Source: a virus (lineage: Duplodnaviria > Caudoviricetes). Taken from it: a DNA stretch of 59,887 bases. Shown in pieces: positions 27,568 through 37,060 of this stretch. Both the position numbers and the translations under genes were made by a program. The notes beneath the pieces are model-generated. The model was not told the origin of the DNA and searched no databases. It saw only the letters and a list, made by a program, of their open reading frames with translations. Each line of letters opens with the position of its first letter. Position 1 is the stretch's first letter. The stretch lies in the IMG/VR virus record IMGVR_UViG_3300018017_000005, positions 1 to 59,887 of that record, one strand, 5' to 3'.

Positions 27568-28786
27568 GTCTCTTATGGTTGTCTGCATGTCTACACCGCT
27601 AGCCTCAGGGCCTGACGCGCCATACCAGCATGGAAATATGGGCATCAACCTGAACGCCATTGGAGGTTCAGGCGTAGGAAAAAGCGCACGCATCCGTGAA
27701 ATCGGTAAAGCGCTAGGCCTCAACGTTTACTCTATTTTCACAGCAACAAAGACACCTGAACATATTGGTGGCTTTCCAGTAATGACACCGCGCGGCTTCA
27801 CACTGGAATGTGCCATGCCCCAAATTAGGGCAGCTATTAGCGACGAGCGCGCCATCATATTTTTGGACGAGATTTCCTCTGCGCCAAGAGCTGTACAAGC
27901 AGCTATCCTTTCATTTCTTAACGAACGAACTGTGGGTGAATACACACTGCCTCCAGGTATTCGTCTGGTTCTCGCAATGAATCCGCCTGATATCGCCGCA
28001 AACGGTAGGGATCTTGAAGTACCCCTAGCCAACAGAGTGCTTCACTTCCAGTATGAGACACCAGCGCTAAACCAGTGGAAGGAGTACATGATGGGTACTT
28101 ATGACCCTGGTATTTCCAAGATACATGACAGCGACGAATTGGTACGGCTTAATTGGCGCGCGCACTATGTAAACGTTCTTGGTACAACCGAAGGCTACTT
28201 GGTAGCTGCGGGGGGCAAGTACAAAGAAAAGAACGAGGCGGGCGAAGAGGTAGAACGCTCCAAGCTCTACGATCAGCCTGAAGCAGACAGTCCGCGTGCA
28301 TCCAAGGCATGGCCATCTCATCGTACCTGGTCCTGGGCCGTAAACGGGGTCACAACCGCGCGATGCCTAGGGATGGGTATCACCGTGCAGACAGATATCG
28401 TGGAGGGCCTGGTGGGCAAAGGGTTGGCCGCAGAGTGGACGGCCTATGCTAAGAAAGTCAATCTGCCCCATCCGTTGGATGTTCTATCCGGCAAATGGCA
28501 GATCCCCAAGCAACTCGATGTAGTGCGCACCGTGTTGTCCTCTTGCGCGGTTTACGTAGCCCAAGAAAAGAATGCGGAGCTAAAAGCACAGCTCGGTACT
28601 GCGTGCTGGGCATTATTGCACACAGCTGCAACAGCTGGTTATGCTGACTTGAGTGTTAGACCAGCTGGTACCTTGCTCCACGCAGGTCTTGACCTTGCCA
28701 GCCCTGTTGAAGCTGTTCGAGACGCAGCAAGCAAAATGCTAGAGCTCCTTAACGACAAAGACCACACCAAGTACATTCCTCGATGA
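27554..28786 (+). CDS. MoxR/dynein-related AAA+ ATPase
   Basis: Walker A GGSGVGKS, Walker B IIFLDE, sensor LAMNP, Arg finger LANR, PSHRTW. Confidence 0.88.
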   Translation: MDRFESLMVVCMSTPLASGPDAPYQHGNMGINLNAIGGSGVGKSARIREIGKALGLNVYSIFTATKTPEHIGGFPVMTPRGFTLECAMPQIRAAISDERAIIFLDEISSAPRAVQAAILSFLNERTVGEYTLPPGIRLVLAMNPPDIAANGRDLEVPLANRVLHFQYETPALNQWKEYMMGTYDPGISKIHDSDELVRLNWRAHYVNVLGTTEGYLVAAGGKYKEKNEAGEEVERSKLYDQPEADSPRASKAWPSHRTWSWAVNGVTTARCLGMGITVQTDIVEGLVGKGLAAEWTAYAKKVNLPHPLDVLSGKWQIPKQLDVVRTVLSSCAVYVAQEKNAELKAQLGTACWALLHTAATAGYADLSVRPAGTLLHAGLDLASPVEAVRDAASKMLELLNDKDHTKYIPR

Positions 28787-30144
28787 TAACGCCACAAGAC
28801 GAGCAGCGCGTAAGAGAAAAGCTATCTCTCGGACGTGCTTATGTACTATCTAGAGCGGATTACTACAGTAGTATTCTACTAGAAATGTCTGTCGAGGTTG
28901 TTAGCAATGCCACCGTAACTATGGGAGTTACCAAAGGATTGGTGCTGTACGTTAACGGTGAATGGCTGCTTAACGACCCTGAGATGCAAACCGATGAAGT
29001 AATAGGTGGCTGCCTTGTCCATGAATGCGAGCATCCATTACGTGGGCTAGATCGTCTGGAGGCACTACCCGATAAAGCTCTAGCTAACATTGCTGGGGAC
29101 GAAGCCATTAACCTCAATCTGCGCGAAGAGCAATGGCAATTACCTTCTTGGGTTGTTTATCCTGAACGATATGGGCATCCCCCAAATTTAACTCTTGAGC
29201 AGTACTACGCGTTGTTGAGCGACCAGTTGCTGCAAGAAAATAAAACGCTAGAGCAGCTAATGGCCGACGCCCCTCAAGGCGGAGGTGGAACAAAGGGCAA
29301 CGGGAAGAACCAAAATAAAGGTAGCGGTCTAGGCAATAAGCAACAAAAACAATGGACGCCTAAAATAGGCGCAGGTGGATGTGGTTCTGCTGGCGGATAC
29401 GCCGTAGACGAAAGTCTTGAAGCAGAGCTTGACACCGCCTATGGCAAAGGCCCTAGTGAGGTAGAAAGCGCGCGTAGACAAACCTTTGATGCAATTGAAA
29501 AAGCGCTAGAATCTGGAAAAGGCTGCGGAAACATACCTGGGCGCTTCAAAGAGCTTCTCAAAATTAGGTACCAAGTGCCAGACGTCAACTGGCGCTCTTT
29601 TCTACGCCGCATTCTTCAGCGCGCATTAGAACGCACAATTGGAGACAGCGATTACTCTCTAAGCAACCCTAGCTTAGGAGGTCAATTAGCTGGCTGTATA
29701 ACTTCGGGCCTAGTCGACCAGAAAATCAACGTAGTTATCGCTGAAGACACATCTGGATCGATGGGTGAGCCACAGTTACTTAACGCGCGCAGCGAGGCAT
29801 ATCACCTGATACGCGCCGTAGGTATCGATGAGGCCATCCACATCCAATCCGACATGGTAGTGCAACACGAGAAGCGCATAAGACTGCGTGACCTACCTAA
29901 GTTAGCCTACCATGGACGCGGCGGCACCGACTTTAACGCTGTTTTTGAACGCGTTAATAAGCGGTATCCAGAAACCAATTTGCTAGTTTATTTCACGGAT
30001 GGCGATGGGCGCGCGCCAGCTAAACCGCCACGGAACTTCGATGTAGTTTGGTGCATTATTCGAACAGAGCACGCCAGACGTCCCGCTCACTGGGGACATG
30101 TTGTTGTATGCGATAAAAATCAAAAGCTGGAGGAACCTTACTAA
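28783..30144 (+). CDS. vWA-like protein with N-terminal HExxH metallopeptidase (DUF2201-type)
   Basis: HECEH, NIAGD..IN, MIDAS DTSGSM, GRGGTDF and YFTDG motifs; adjacent to the MoxR ATPase. Confidence 0.88.
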   Translation: MITPQDEQRVREKLSLGRAYVLSRADYYSSILLEMSVEVVSNATVTMGVTKGLVLYVNGEWLLNDPEMQTDEVIGGCLVHECEHPLRGLDRLEALPDKALANIAGDEAINLNLREEQWQLPSWVVYPERYGHPPNLTLEQYYALLSDQLLQENKTLEQLMADAPQGGGGTKGNGKNQNKGSGLGNKQQKQWTPKIGAGGCGSAGGYAVDESLEAELDTAYGKGPSEVESARRQTFDAIEKALESGKGCGNIPGRFKELLKIRYQVPDVNWRSFLRRILQRALERTIGDSDYSLSNPSLGGQLAGCITSGLVDQKINVVIAEDTSGSMGEPQLLNARSEAYHLIRAVGIDEAIHIQSDMVVQHEKRIRLRDLPKLAYHGRGGTDFNAVFERVNKRYPETNLLVYFTDGDGRAPAKPPRNFDVVWCIIRTEHARRPAHWGHVVVCDKNQKLEEPY

Positions 30145-30145
30145 T

Positions 30146-30499
30146 ATGACAATCCATGTGCAAGAAATCGAGCTTCTACTCAGCCGTATTAAACACGACT
30201 TGGACGATAATCATACATTATACTCTTCTGTACTAGACTATACCGTCGGGTATTTGACCGATATGGTATCTATGTATCGCAGTCAAAATGATGACGAAGA
30301 GCGTCTTGACCGCTATCGTATAGCGGCTATTCCAAGCGTCATGACGGCGCTAGTACCGTTCTTGCCTACTACCCCATGTAACATGGGCGACGTCGCCGAT
30401 AGGGTGGATAGCCTAGCTAGATGCTTACTTTTCAGAGCAAAAGCCGCACAGCGTAACGATTCTGTAAGCCAGCCCGCGCCTCAAAGCGTACAAAGCTAA
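30146..30499 (+). CDS. Hypothetical protein (117 aa)
   Basis: Start trimmed to ATG 30146 after the vWA stop; GGAGG upstream; ends just before a terminator. Confidence 0.6.
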   Translation: MTIHVQEIELLLSRIKHDLDDNHTLYSSVLDYTVGYLTDMVSMYRSQNDDEERLDRYRIAAIPSVMTALVPFLPTTPCNMGDVADRVDSLARCLLFRAKAAQRNDSVSQPAPQSVQS

Positions 30500-30506
30500 A
30501 TAACTT

Positions 30507-30528
30507 GAAAAGCCCGAAAGGGTTTTTC
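30507..30528. terminator. Probable bidirectional intrinsic terminator
   Basis: GAAAAGCCC-GAAA-GGGTTTTTC hairpin with A and T tracts, between convergent genes. Confidence 0.75.
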
Positions 30529-31170
30529 TTAGCCCTTGTTTTGTGCCAGCTTCCTTGCGGTGCTCGCGTTTCTAGCGTTCGTGTAATGAATAACCATAGA
30601 AACGACTGAGACAACGAGCCCCAATACTGCGATGACTTCAATAACGTAGTCACGAAATGTCTTCCCAGTATTCTGGGCGTTGGCTACCGTAACTGTTTCT
30701 AGCCGCGTCACTAAATTATCAGCGCGATCCATAAGGCCATCTACACGATCTAAAAGCTGATTGGCGTCTGCTACTGTTGCCTTACGCTCTTCATCTGTTT
30801 TTGTAAGCAGATTCGCGGCAATGCTCTCAACGCGTTGCTCTACGTCAAAGGCCATCGTGTGCTCAGTTCGTACTACCTGATTAAGCCCCTTTTGTTCCTC
30901 AATTAGTATGGGCTTAGCAACTACTGGGACACCTGCAGCAATCGCTTGAGCACCAGCGTCGACTAGATCAGCAACAATGGGAGGTCCTTGAACAGCAACA
31001 GCGCTAAGTGCGCCTGCTGCCACCGCATCTCCGGCACCTTGAAGCACCTTTCCTGCGGCGCCACAGCCTATAAGGTGGAGTAACAGGACGCCAGTAATAC
31101 AGATGGCAGCTAACAGCGAAGCTACGCTGAATGGTAACCGCCCTATAGGCGTAGAAACACGACGTATCAT
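30529..31170 (-). CDS. Lipoprotein with C-terminal transmembrane helix (u-spanin-like architecture)
   Basis: Hydrophobic signal ending in lipobox LIGC (Cys36), coiled-coil middle, and C-terminal TM YVIEVIAVLGLVVSVVSMVIHY with a basic tail. Confidence 0.55.
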   Translation of the reverse strand: MIRRVSTPIGRLPFSVASLLAAICITGVLLLHLIGCGAAGKVLQGAGDAVAAGALSAVAVQGPPIVADLVDAGAQAIAAGVPVVAKPILIEEQKGLNQVVRTEHTMAFDVEQRVESIAANLLTKTDEERKATVADANQLLDRVDGLMDRADNLVTRLETVTVANAQNTGKTFRDYVIEVIAVLGLVVSVVSMVIHYTNARNASTARKLAQNKG

Positions 31171-32657
31171 GTTGCTTCCGCATTAGGTAGCAGAGCCTTC
31201 ATTTGGTTAATAAGAGCATCTTTCTTGCTACTGAGTGCAGCTAAATATTGGTCCGAGCTTCCGCCAGTATTTTTACCTAAAATTGCGCCCGATAACCCTG
31301 TACGTTTTGGTCTCGTCGCCAAGTAATTCTCGATGAGTACCTTACGCTCTGCCTCGGGCAGATGCTCGTGGCTACCAAAACGGATACCTCGCCCTTCTAC
31401 TTGACGCAGCTTCTCATTATTCCAATGGGGATCCAGCACTTGCATTAGCCGCGTGCCTTTGAGGTCGAGCCCTTCGCCACCGGCTGAGGATAAAAGTAGC
31501 GCTTTTAGCTTACCTTCGTTGTAGTCGCGAACCATTTGGTCGCGCTCTTTCTTGGGCATTTCGCCTGTGAACAAACCGTGCGGTATACCAGCTTGCTCCA
31601 GCTTTTGATGATAAGGGTTCAACCCACTTTCGAGGTAATTTGAGTAAATTACCGCGCGCGCATTAGGGTTCTCCTTAAAGGTGTTCTGCAGGCTTCCAAA
31701 AGCTGTTTCTATCTTGGGCTCATGGGGTGTCTGACCTGGAGCAAAGCCACGCGTGGTGTTCGACACTTGCCTTACCGCGTTGATAAAGGCGTTAAGATCT
31801 TTCGACTCCTGCTTACTAGGAGGTAGTCCTTGCTTGACCTTATACCGTACCCAAGCTGGCGCATTACCCATTAAAGCGTCGTAGACTTTAAGCTGCTCAT
31901 CGCTCATAGGGACTTCGACGTTCTTACGCTCGACAGTAGGAAATCCCTCTGTGCTGCCTGGATGGTAATCCACCCACTTCTTGAACGTGTTCTTGAGCTC
32001 CGGCACCGCCCTGGGATTAACTATCTCCTCCATCCCTGGTTTCGCACCATGAGCCAAGCTACCCCACAGCGATGGCTTTACCTGCTTCTCGGAAATATAC
32101 CGCTTATTGAACTCAGTCTGGTCATTCGGCAAAACATTATGACCTGCGGCCATGTTAATAAGCGGGGCAATATCACTCGGCCTATTGTAAAAAGGACTAG
32201 CTGTAAGAAGCATTCGCTTCTGCGTACCCTTCAGACTGTCCCTCAGGTTCTGATACGTGCTGGAGCCGACCTCACGAGCTCTATGCGCCTCATCTACGAT
32301 AGCCATGGGGTGTTCTGCAGGCAGCGTTCCGCCGGCCCGTGACAGCGCTTGCAGTGAGGAAACGGCTATTGGTTGCTCTGTGCCTGGTACAAGGTGCTTC
32401 GCCCGCTCCTTCTCGTAGTTCGTTTGAAGCGCCGCGGGCAGAATAACGTTAGCAGGCATGCCTAGGGCATCTTGCGCCGCCATTGATGCGAGGCTCTTAC
32501 CTGATCCGAGCCCATGTGCGACAACTAGCCCCGGTTGGTCATCCTGAAGCATCCTATCGACAACGCGCTGCTGATGTGGCTTTAAACTAGTAGCTACATC
32601 AGCAATTTTGGTAAATTCGTCGCAGAAGGCTTTGAATAAAAGCACGACTAATCCCAC
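31167..32657 (-). CDS. SNF2-like SF2 helicase/translocase
   Basis: HGLGSGKS, VDEAH, LLTASP, GGEGLDL and DPHWN..RQVEGRGIR motifs; N-terminal KAFCDEFTKIA leader. Confidence 0.9.
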   Translation of the reverse strand: MGLVVLLFKAFCDEFTKIADVATSLKPHQQRVVDRMLQDDQPGLVVAHGLGSGKSLASMAAQDALGMPANVILPAALQTNYEKERAKHLVPGTEQPIAVSSLQALSRAGGTLPAEHPMAIVDEAHRAREVGSSTYQNLRDSLKGTQKRMLLTASPFYNRPSDIAPLINMAAGHNVLPNDQTEFNKRYISEKQVKPSLWGSLAHGAKPGMEEIVNPRAVPELKNTFKKWVDYHPGSTEGFPTVERKNVEVPMSDEQLKVYDALMGNAPAWVRYKVKQGLPPSKQESKDLNAFINAVRQVSNTTRGFAPGQTPHEPKIETAFGSLQNTFKENPNARAVIYSNYLESGLNPYHQKLEQAGIPHGLFTGEMPKKERDQMVRDYNEGKLKALLLSSAGGEGLDLKGTRLMQVLDPHWNNEKLRQVEGRGIRFGSHEHLPEAERKVLIENYLATRPKRTGLSGAILGKNTGGSSDQYLAALSSKKDALINQMKALLPNAEAT

Positions 32658-32962
32658 TTATTACCAATCGAATCCCAGTCTGGCAAATCAACTGTCTGGC
32701 CTGCCATCGAATGGGTGCAGTCCTTCAAATATTGAATGCGCCCATTCGTAACGTAGGAGTGGCAGAGAGGCCATCCTTTATAACCATCCTTATCGGGCAC
32801 TTCGTGTTGAAGCACAGAACCTGTAAAGGTAGGGGCTTCTTGATTCCCGTTGAATTCCCAGCGATTGTCGCATTGGTGCGGAGACTTGCATGCTGGGCAA
32901 AAGAACACCCAACTGCGATGCTCCCCACTTGCTTTCGTTTGTTCTATCAGCTTATTGCCCAT
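32648..32962 (-). CDS. DUF6527-like protein (104 aa)
   Basis: FFCPAC..H, WEFNG...PTFTGSV and CHSYVTNGRIQYLKDCTH...GQTVDLP match the family pattern as recalled. Confidence 0.7.
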   Translation of the reverse strand: MGNKLIEQTKASGEHRSWVFFCPACKSPHQCDNRWEFNGNQEAPTFTGSVLQHEVPDKDGYKGWPLCHSYVTNGRIQYLKDCTHSMAGQTVDLPDWDSIGNKWD

Positions 32963-32964
32963 AG

Positions 32965-35022
32965 CTACACCAACGCTTGCATGCGCCTTGGCGGAAGCAT
33001 GCCTGGTAATGGACGTTGATCTACATTACCTGTGTCTGACCCGCCTTGCGCACCGCCAAGCATTAGAGCTTGACCCGCTGAGCCCTTTTGAATTTTAGCT
33101 AAATCCTCAGCGACCAAATCAGCAAGATCCTGATTTTGAGCCGCTATAGCATTGAGGGCCATTTCCTGCATATCTGGCTGAAGATCTGATATTTGCGCAG
33201 CGTAACCTTCGGCGAGCTGAATGAGATCTACTGGCAGCTTCTCACCACCAGCTTCCGCACCTAGGTCTTGTCCCTGGCTCAACGAGCTGGCGGCACTTTG
33301 CGGAATAGAAGACGACCCACCGCCTTCTGGGGGTGCTGGGAGCATAGGGGGTAACGGGGGCTGCTGGCCTTGCTGCTGAGCCTGAGCAGCGTTCATTGCC
33401 CCCTCTGGCCCATCTGGCTCGCCAGGTGCAGCAGGCTGCTGCTGTGCCTGGGCCATAGTTTGCTGAGCTTTGGCCTGCATCTTCATCATGATGACCTGGC
33501 TCTCGCCTTGAATTTCGGCCATAGCAAGCTGTTGCTTCTTGACCGCGGCAAGACGTCTCGCGCTCTCGCGAACCATGATGTCGTTCTCTTCTTCCATATC
33601 GAGATCGGCATCAGCAAGTAGGGTCGTATCACTAACTTTGTTTCCTGCGTTAAGCTGGAACAAGTAGCTCTTACGCTGCATATCGTCGGCCATCTTAAAT
33701 GGCTTAAGCCGCACGTTGACCTTCGGCCATCCCATAAAATGAGAGACCAAGCTCATAATCCATTTCAGCTCTTGGCGACGCCTACCAATGTAGCTTAAGA
33801 AGGAGTTTTCTACCATACGCATAGACACGTTGGTACCGCTCCAGCTTGCTCCACCTTTTATGAACTCAATCGGAACACCTAAACCGTTAATGATGCTCTC
33901 GCCAAGCTGTTGCATTTCTTGACCAAGCAAAAGAGCTTTACCATCACCACCTATAGTTTGATTACCAATAGGTAATGGAACTATAGGCACGTAGGCATTA
34001 TCCTGTCTCCAACGGGCTATTTCCATAGCCACTTGATCCCGCCAATCAAGTAAATTGATACTAGAGAACGGGTCCGTTGACCCGGAAGCAGCTTGTGGAA
34101 ATAAAATGCGTAGTGGGACGATATGTTCTAGCATCAGACTTTCTGACGCCTTTTTCATTATTTGAAGATAAAACGCGTCCTTAAGTACAGGTAAGATCAA
34201 GGGAATCCCCCATCCTCGATCTTGAAAAGCAAGTGTGGCGCGCTTCATTACAAACAGATTCGCTTTGCTGAATACCACACCTTTTTCTTGCCGAATTGCC
34301 TGCAAGAAAATCTGAGGCATTCCCTCAACGATATCTTTCTTACCCAGCGTAATATCCGCGCGCATGGGGGCAGGGATCGTATAGAAATACGTAGTATCCC
34401 CGCTAATATCGTTATAGCTGACTTCGACGTCCTCTACGTTCCAACGCACTGGACGCACAGAGCTTGCGTCGCGGTAGTACCAATCCTTAGGCGTTGCTGC
34501 CCCAGTTTGTCCGCATTTAGGACAAGAGAGTCGAAACTCATTACTGGTGTAGAGCCAATACTCTCGAATTTTGCGCGCCTGCTCGCTAAAGCCACACGAT
34601 GTACAAGTCAGATACTTTTGAAACGGAAAGGATAGACTTACGGCGCTTGTACCATAACAAAAGTAGTCTAATCCGCTCTCGATCTGATGCGATCGAATAC
34701 GAATTGTCTCGTTGAAATACTCTGACCACATCCGCACCACTTCTGGGTCTTCGTGATCGACAACGACATCCGTAATAGGATATTCAGACAGCTTGGTAAT
34801 ACACGCGTTGATGATAGGGTTGGTTAGAAAGTAATACCGACAAAACTTGAAAAGCTGCTTAACCGTTGTCGGCAAGTAGGTATGCGCAATATCAAAGAAG
34901 GGGCTAGGGTAGTTAACTCCCTGAACGTTACTTCCGTTGATACGCCCGCGCGTCATCCCGCCTTGGAAGCGGCCTGGGCTTGTAGGGGATCCTAACGCAA
35001 AATTGCCGAAGGAGAAGCTCAT
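32965..35022 (-). CDS. Portal protein (685 aa) with Zn-ribbon insertion and low-complexity tail
   Basis: NPIINACITKLSEYPI, RGWGIPLILPVLK and IINGLGVP..F...G.S motifs typical of portals; size and context fit. Confidence 0.75.
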   Translation of the reverse strand: MSFSFGNFALGSPTSPGRFQGGMTRGRINGSNVQGVNYPSPFFDIAHTYLPTTVKQLFKFCRYYFLTNPIINACITKLSEYPITDVVVDHEDPEVVRMWSEYFNETIRIRSHQIESGLDYFCYGTSAVSLSFPFQKYLTCTSCGFSEQARKIREYWLYTSNEFRLSCPKCGQTGAATPKDWYYRDASSVRPVRWNVEDVEVSYNDISGDTTYFYTIPAPMRADITLGKKDIVEGMPQIFLQAIRQEKGVVFSKANLFVMKRATLAFQDRGWGIPLILPVLKDAFYLQIMKKASESLMLEHIVPLRILFPQAASGSTDPFSSINLLDWRDQVAMEIARWRQDNAYVPIVPLPIGNQTIGGDGKALLLGQEMQQLGESIINGLGVPIEFIKGGASWSGTNVSMRMVENSFLSYIGRRRQELKWIMSLVSHFMGWPKVNVRLKPFKMADDMQRKSYLFQLNAGNKVSDTTLLADADLDMEEENDIMVRESARRLAAVKKQQLAMAEIQGESQVIMMKMQAKAQQTMAQAQQQPAAPGEPDGPEGAMNAAQAQQQGQQPPLPPMLPAPPEGGGSSSIPQSAASSLSQGQDLGAEAGGEKLPVDLIQLAEGYAAQISDLQPDMQEMALNAIAAQNQDLADLVAEDLAKIQKGSAGQALMLGGAQGGSDTGNVDQRPLPGMLPPRRMQALV

Positions 35023-36140
35023 GTCATCAGGTTATCCGGGGGTTTCCCCTGTGCCGCGTTAGACATCACACGTTCAACTTGAGGACTATCTAGCCCAGGT
35101 TGCGCTCCAGGGGTAGATGCACCGCCACCAAGGTACATTTGCGGCTTTGGTTTCACTGCGCCGATAACATGATGAATTCCTTGTCCGATTGTACCCCCTA
35201 CAGCACCACCGGCTCTGCCAACAAGCTCTCCACCCGTAGAACCGACAAATGGAGTAGCCGTAGACGCCAAGGCGCTACCAAGCGCGTTACCTACCCGTTT
35301 ACCCTTTTGCGGGTTATCAGGGTCATCAGGCTGCATCGCAGTGAGCGCCGCTGCGCCTACTGGCAGAGCCGCAGCGGTTAAAGCACCTTTAGCGCTTATA
35401 TTGCCGAGCCCGTGCTGAAGGATTTCTTTACCGCCTTCGCGCGCACCCTTCTGACGAATTGTATTCGCTAATCCTGCCAAGCTTGACTGCCCCGCTTGGG
35501 CCTTTGACAGAATATGTTCTCGCTGCTCCGCCAGCATCTTGGCCTTTGTTAGTGCTGCCTCGGATTTCGCAGCAAGCGTTTGAACACCCCCAATGTTCGC
35601 TTGATGCAACCCTTTGGCATATTCCGCGGTACCTCTAGCGGCACCACCTGGAACAAGGCCTGTAATAGAATGGAGTTTCTGCTGTCCTTGTCGCGCCGCC
35701 ATACCCAACGGATTATGCAACCCTTGAGTAAGCTTGTTAACCATTTTGGTGCCTCGGCCTCCAGAGGCCAAACCAGCAGCACCCCCTAGAGCCGTACCAA
35801 TGGCAGCACCTCTGCCCGCCCCTGAGAGAGCGCCGAGCCCAGCTCCTAGGAGGTTGCCACCTCCCTCCTCTTCCGGCTTGTTGTACGCATTGTACGCGCC
35901 TCTGGCGCCACCTATAAGACCACCTGCAGCCGCGCCCAAACCCATGCCTGCTCCTGTATTCGTAGCAGAGCGAGCAATGTGCCTACCAGCTGCTTGGATA
36001 GCTGACTGAGTAGCTGGACTATTGATTTGATTCCTAGCTGAGGAAACGGCACCGCGCGCCATATTTCCAAGCAATGCTGGATTAAACGCCTCTTTCCTCA
36101 TCTCCTCGTGCATAAACTGGAGAACAATAGGATCAATCAT
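35019..36140 (-). CDS. Gly/Ala-rich (glycine-zipper) probable internal virion/ejection protein (373 aa)
   Basis: Repeated GxxxG helices (GAAAGGLIGGA, GTALGGAAGLA); leader MIDPIVLQFMHEEMRKEA. Confidence 0.7.
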   Translation of the reverse strand: MIDPIVLQFMHEEMRKEAFNPALLGNMARGAVSSARNQINSPATQSAIQAAGRHIARSATNTGAGMGLGAAAGGLIGGARGAYNAYNKPEEEGGGNLLGAGLGALSGAGRGAAIGTALGGAAGLASGGRGTKMVNKLTQGLHNPLGMAARQGQQKLHSITGLVPGGAARGTAEYAKGLHQANIGGVQTLAAKSEAALTKAKMLAEQREHILSKAQAGQSSLAGLANTIRQKGAREGGKEILQHGLGNISAKGALTAAALPVGAAALTAMQPDDPDNPQKGKRVGNALGSALASTATPFVGSTGGELVGRAGGAVGGTIGQGIHHVIGAVKPKPQMYLGGGASTPGAQPGLDSPQVERVMSNAAQGKPPDNLMT

Positions 36141-36142
36141 AG

Positions 36143-37060
36143 TTATCCATTACCCGGCCCTAAGTAGGTAGGCAAGCCTCCTAAAGCTTTCATGTCAGCA
36201 AGCGCTTTATTGGCGTGTCTACGGCCGACGTCTTGTAGCGTTTTAGCATACGAAGCCAAATTACTTTGTGGCGTAGTAGGCGCTACAGAGGCTTTCGCTG
36301 GCATTTTAATTAAGCGCTCCAACGAACGCGCTTGTCGTGTACCTGGCTGAACAAGATGTCCACCAACCCCTCCTACTTGCTTCAATAAAGCTGCGGCGCG
36401 AGCGTTCTCTGGATCCTTTCTTAGGCCGGCAAAAGTACTGGCGGCTCTTGGATCCCCATGAATTGCCATACGCTCTTCTAGCAACGGGGTGATACCTGCA
36501 TGGGACGCATAAGGAGCAGGCATGCGCCCACGTAGCATATCTTTTGCCTCACCTAGCTCATGCCTAAAAACTGCATGATGTGTAGTAGCGTCATCAATAG
36601 GGATATGCATGCCTAGTGACTTATTTACCTTTGACGCTAAGCTCTTAGGAAGCATACTAACCACGCCACCTAATGCGTACCTTCCCTGATCTTTTAGGGT
36701 TTCAAACTCTGTATTTGTTTGTGCTTTTACAGCACCTGGACCTACTTGAATCTGCAAACCACCTTTTGGTGATACCCCAGAAGATGCTGCGCCGACATCC
36801 GAGGGGTGCAAATTTACAGATATATTCTTCAGTTTATTAAGCGCGGCTGCTTGTGCAGGAGTTTTAAGCAGCGAAAGAGCTCGCTGCCTACTTAATGCCT
36901 TACCAGCTAATTCAGGCATGGCAGCAAACGATTTTCGCGCGGCTTCTACCGTAGGTGCACCGATATCACCTAAAGAGATATTTCCGGCGGCCAGCTCTTT
37001 CTGCCAACGTGCCAGAGCGATCTTTTCAAGCTCATCTACAAAAGCGGCGTAATCAATCAT
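36143..37060 (-). CDS. Basic probable internal virion protein with HELGE motif (305 aa)
   Basis: Start trimmed to MIDYAAFVDELEKIA (ATG 37060, coupled to the upstream stop); contains HHAVFRHELGEA..SHAG. Confidence 0.7.
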   Translation of the reverse strand: MIDYAAFVDELEKIALARWQKELAAGNISLGDIGAPTVEAARKSFAAMPELAGKALSRQRALSLLKTPAQAAALNKLKNISVNLHPSDVGAASSGVSPKGGLQIQVGPGAVKAQTNTEFETLKDQGRYALGGVVSMLPKSLASKVNKSLGMHIPIDDATTHHAVFRHELGEAKDMLRGRMPAPYASHAGITPLLEERMAIHGDPRAASTFAGLRKDPENARAAALLKQVGGVGGHLVQPGTRQARSLERLIKMPAKASVAPTTPQSNLASYAKTLQDVGRRHANKALADMKALGGLPTYLGPGNG

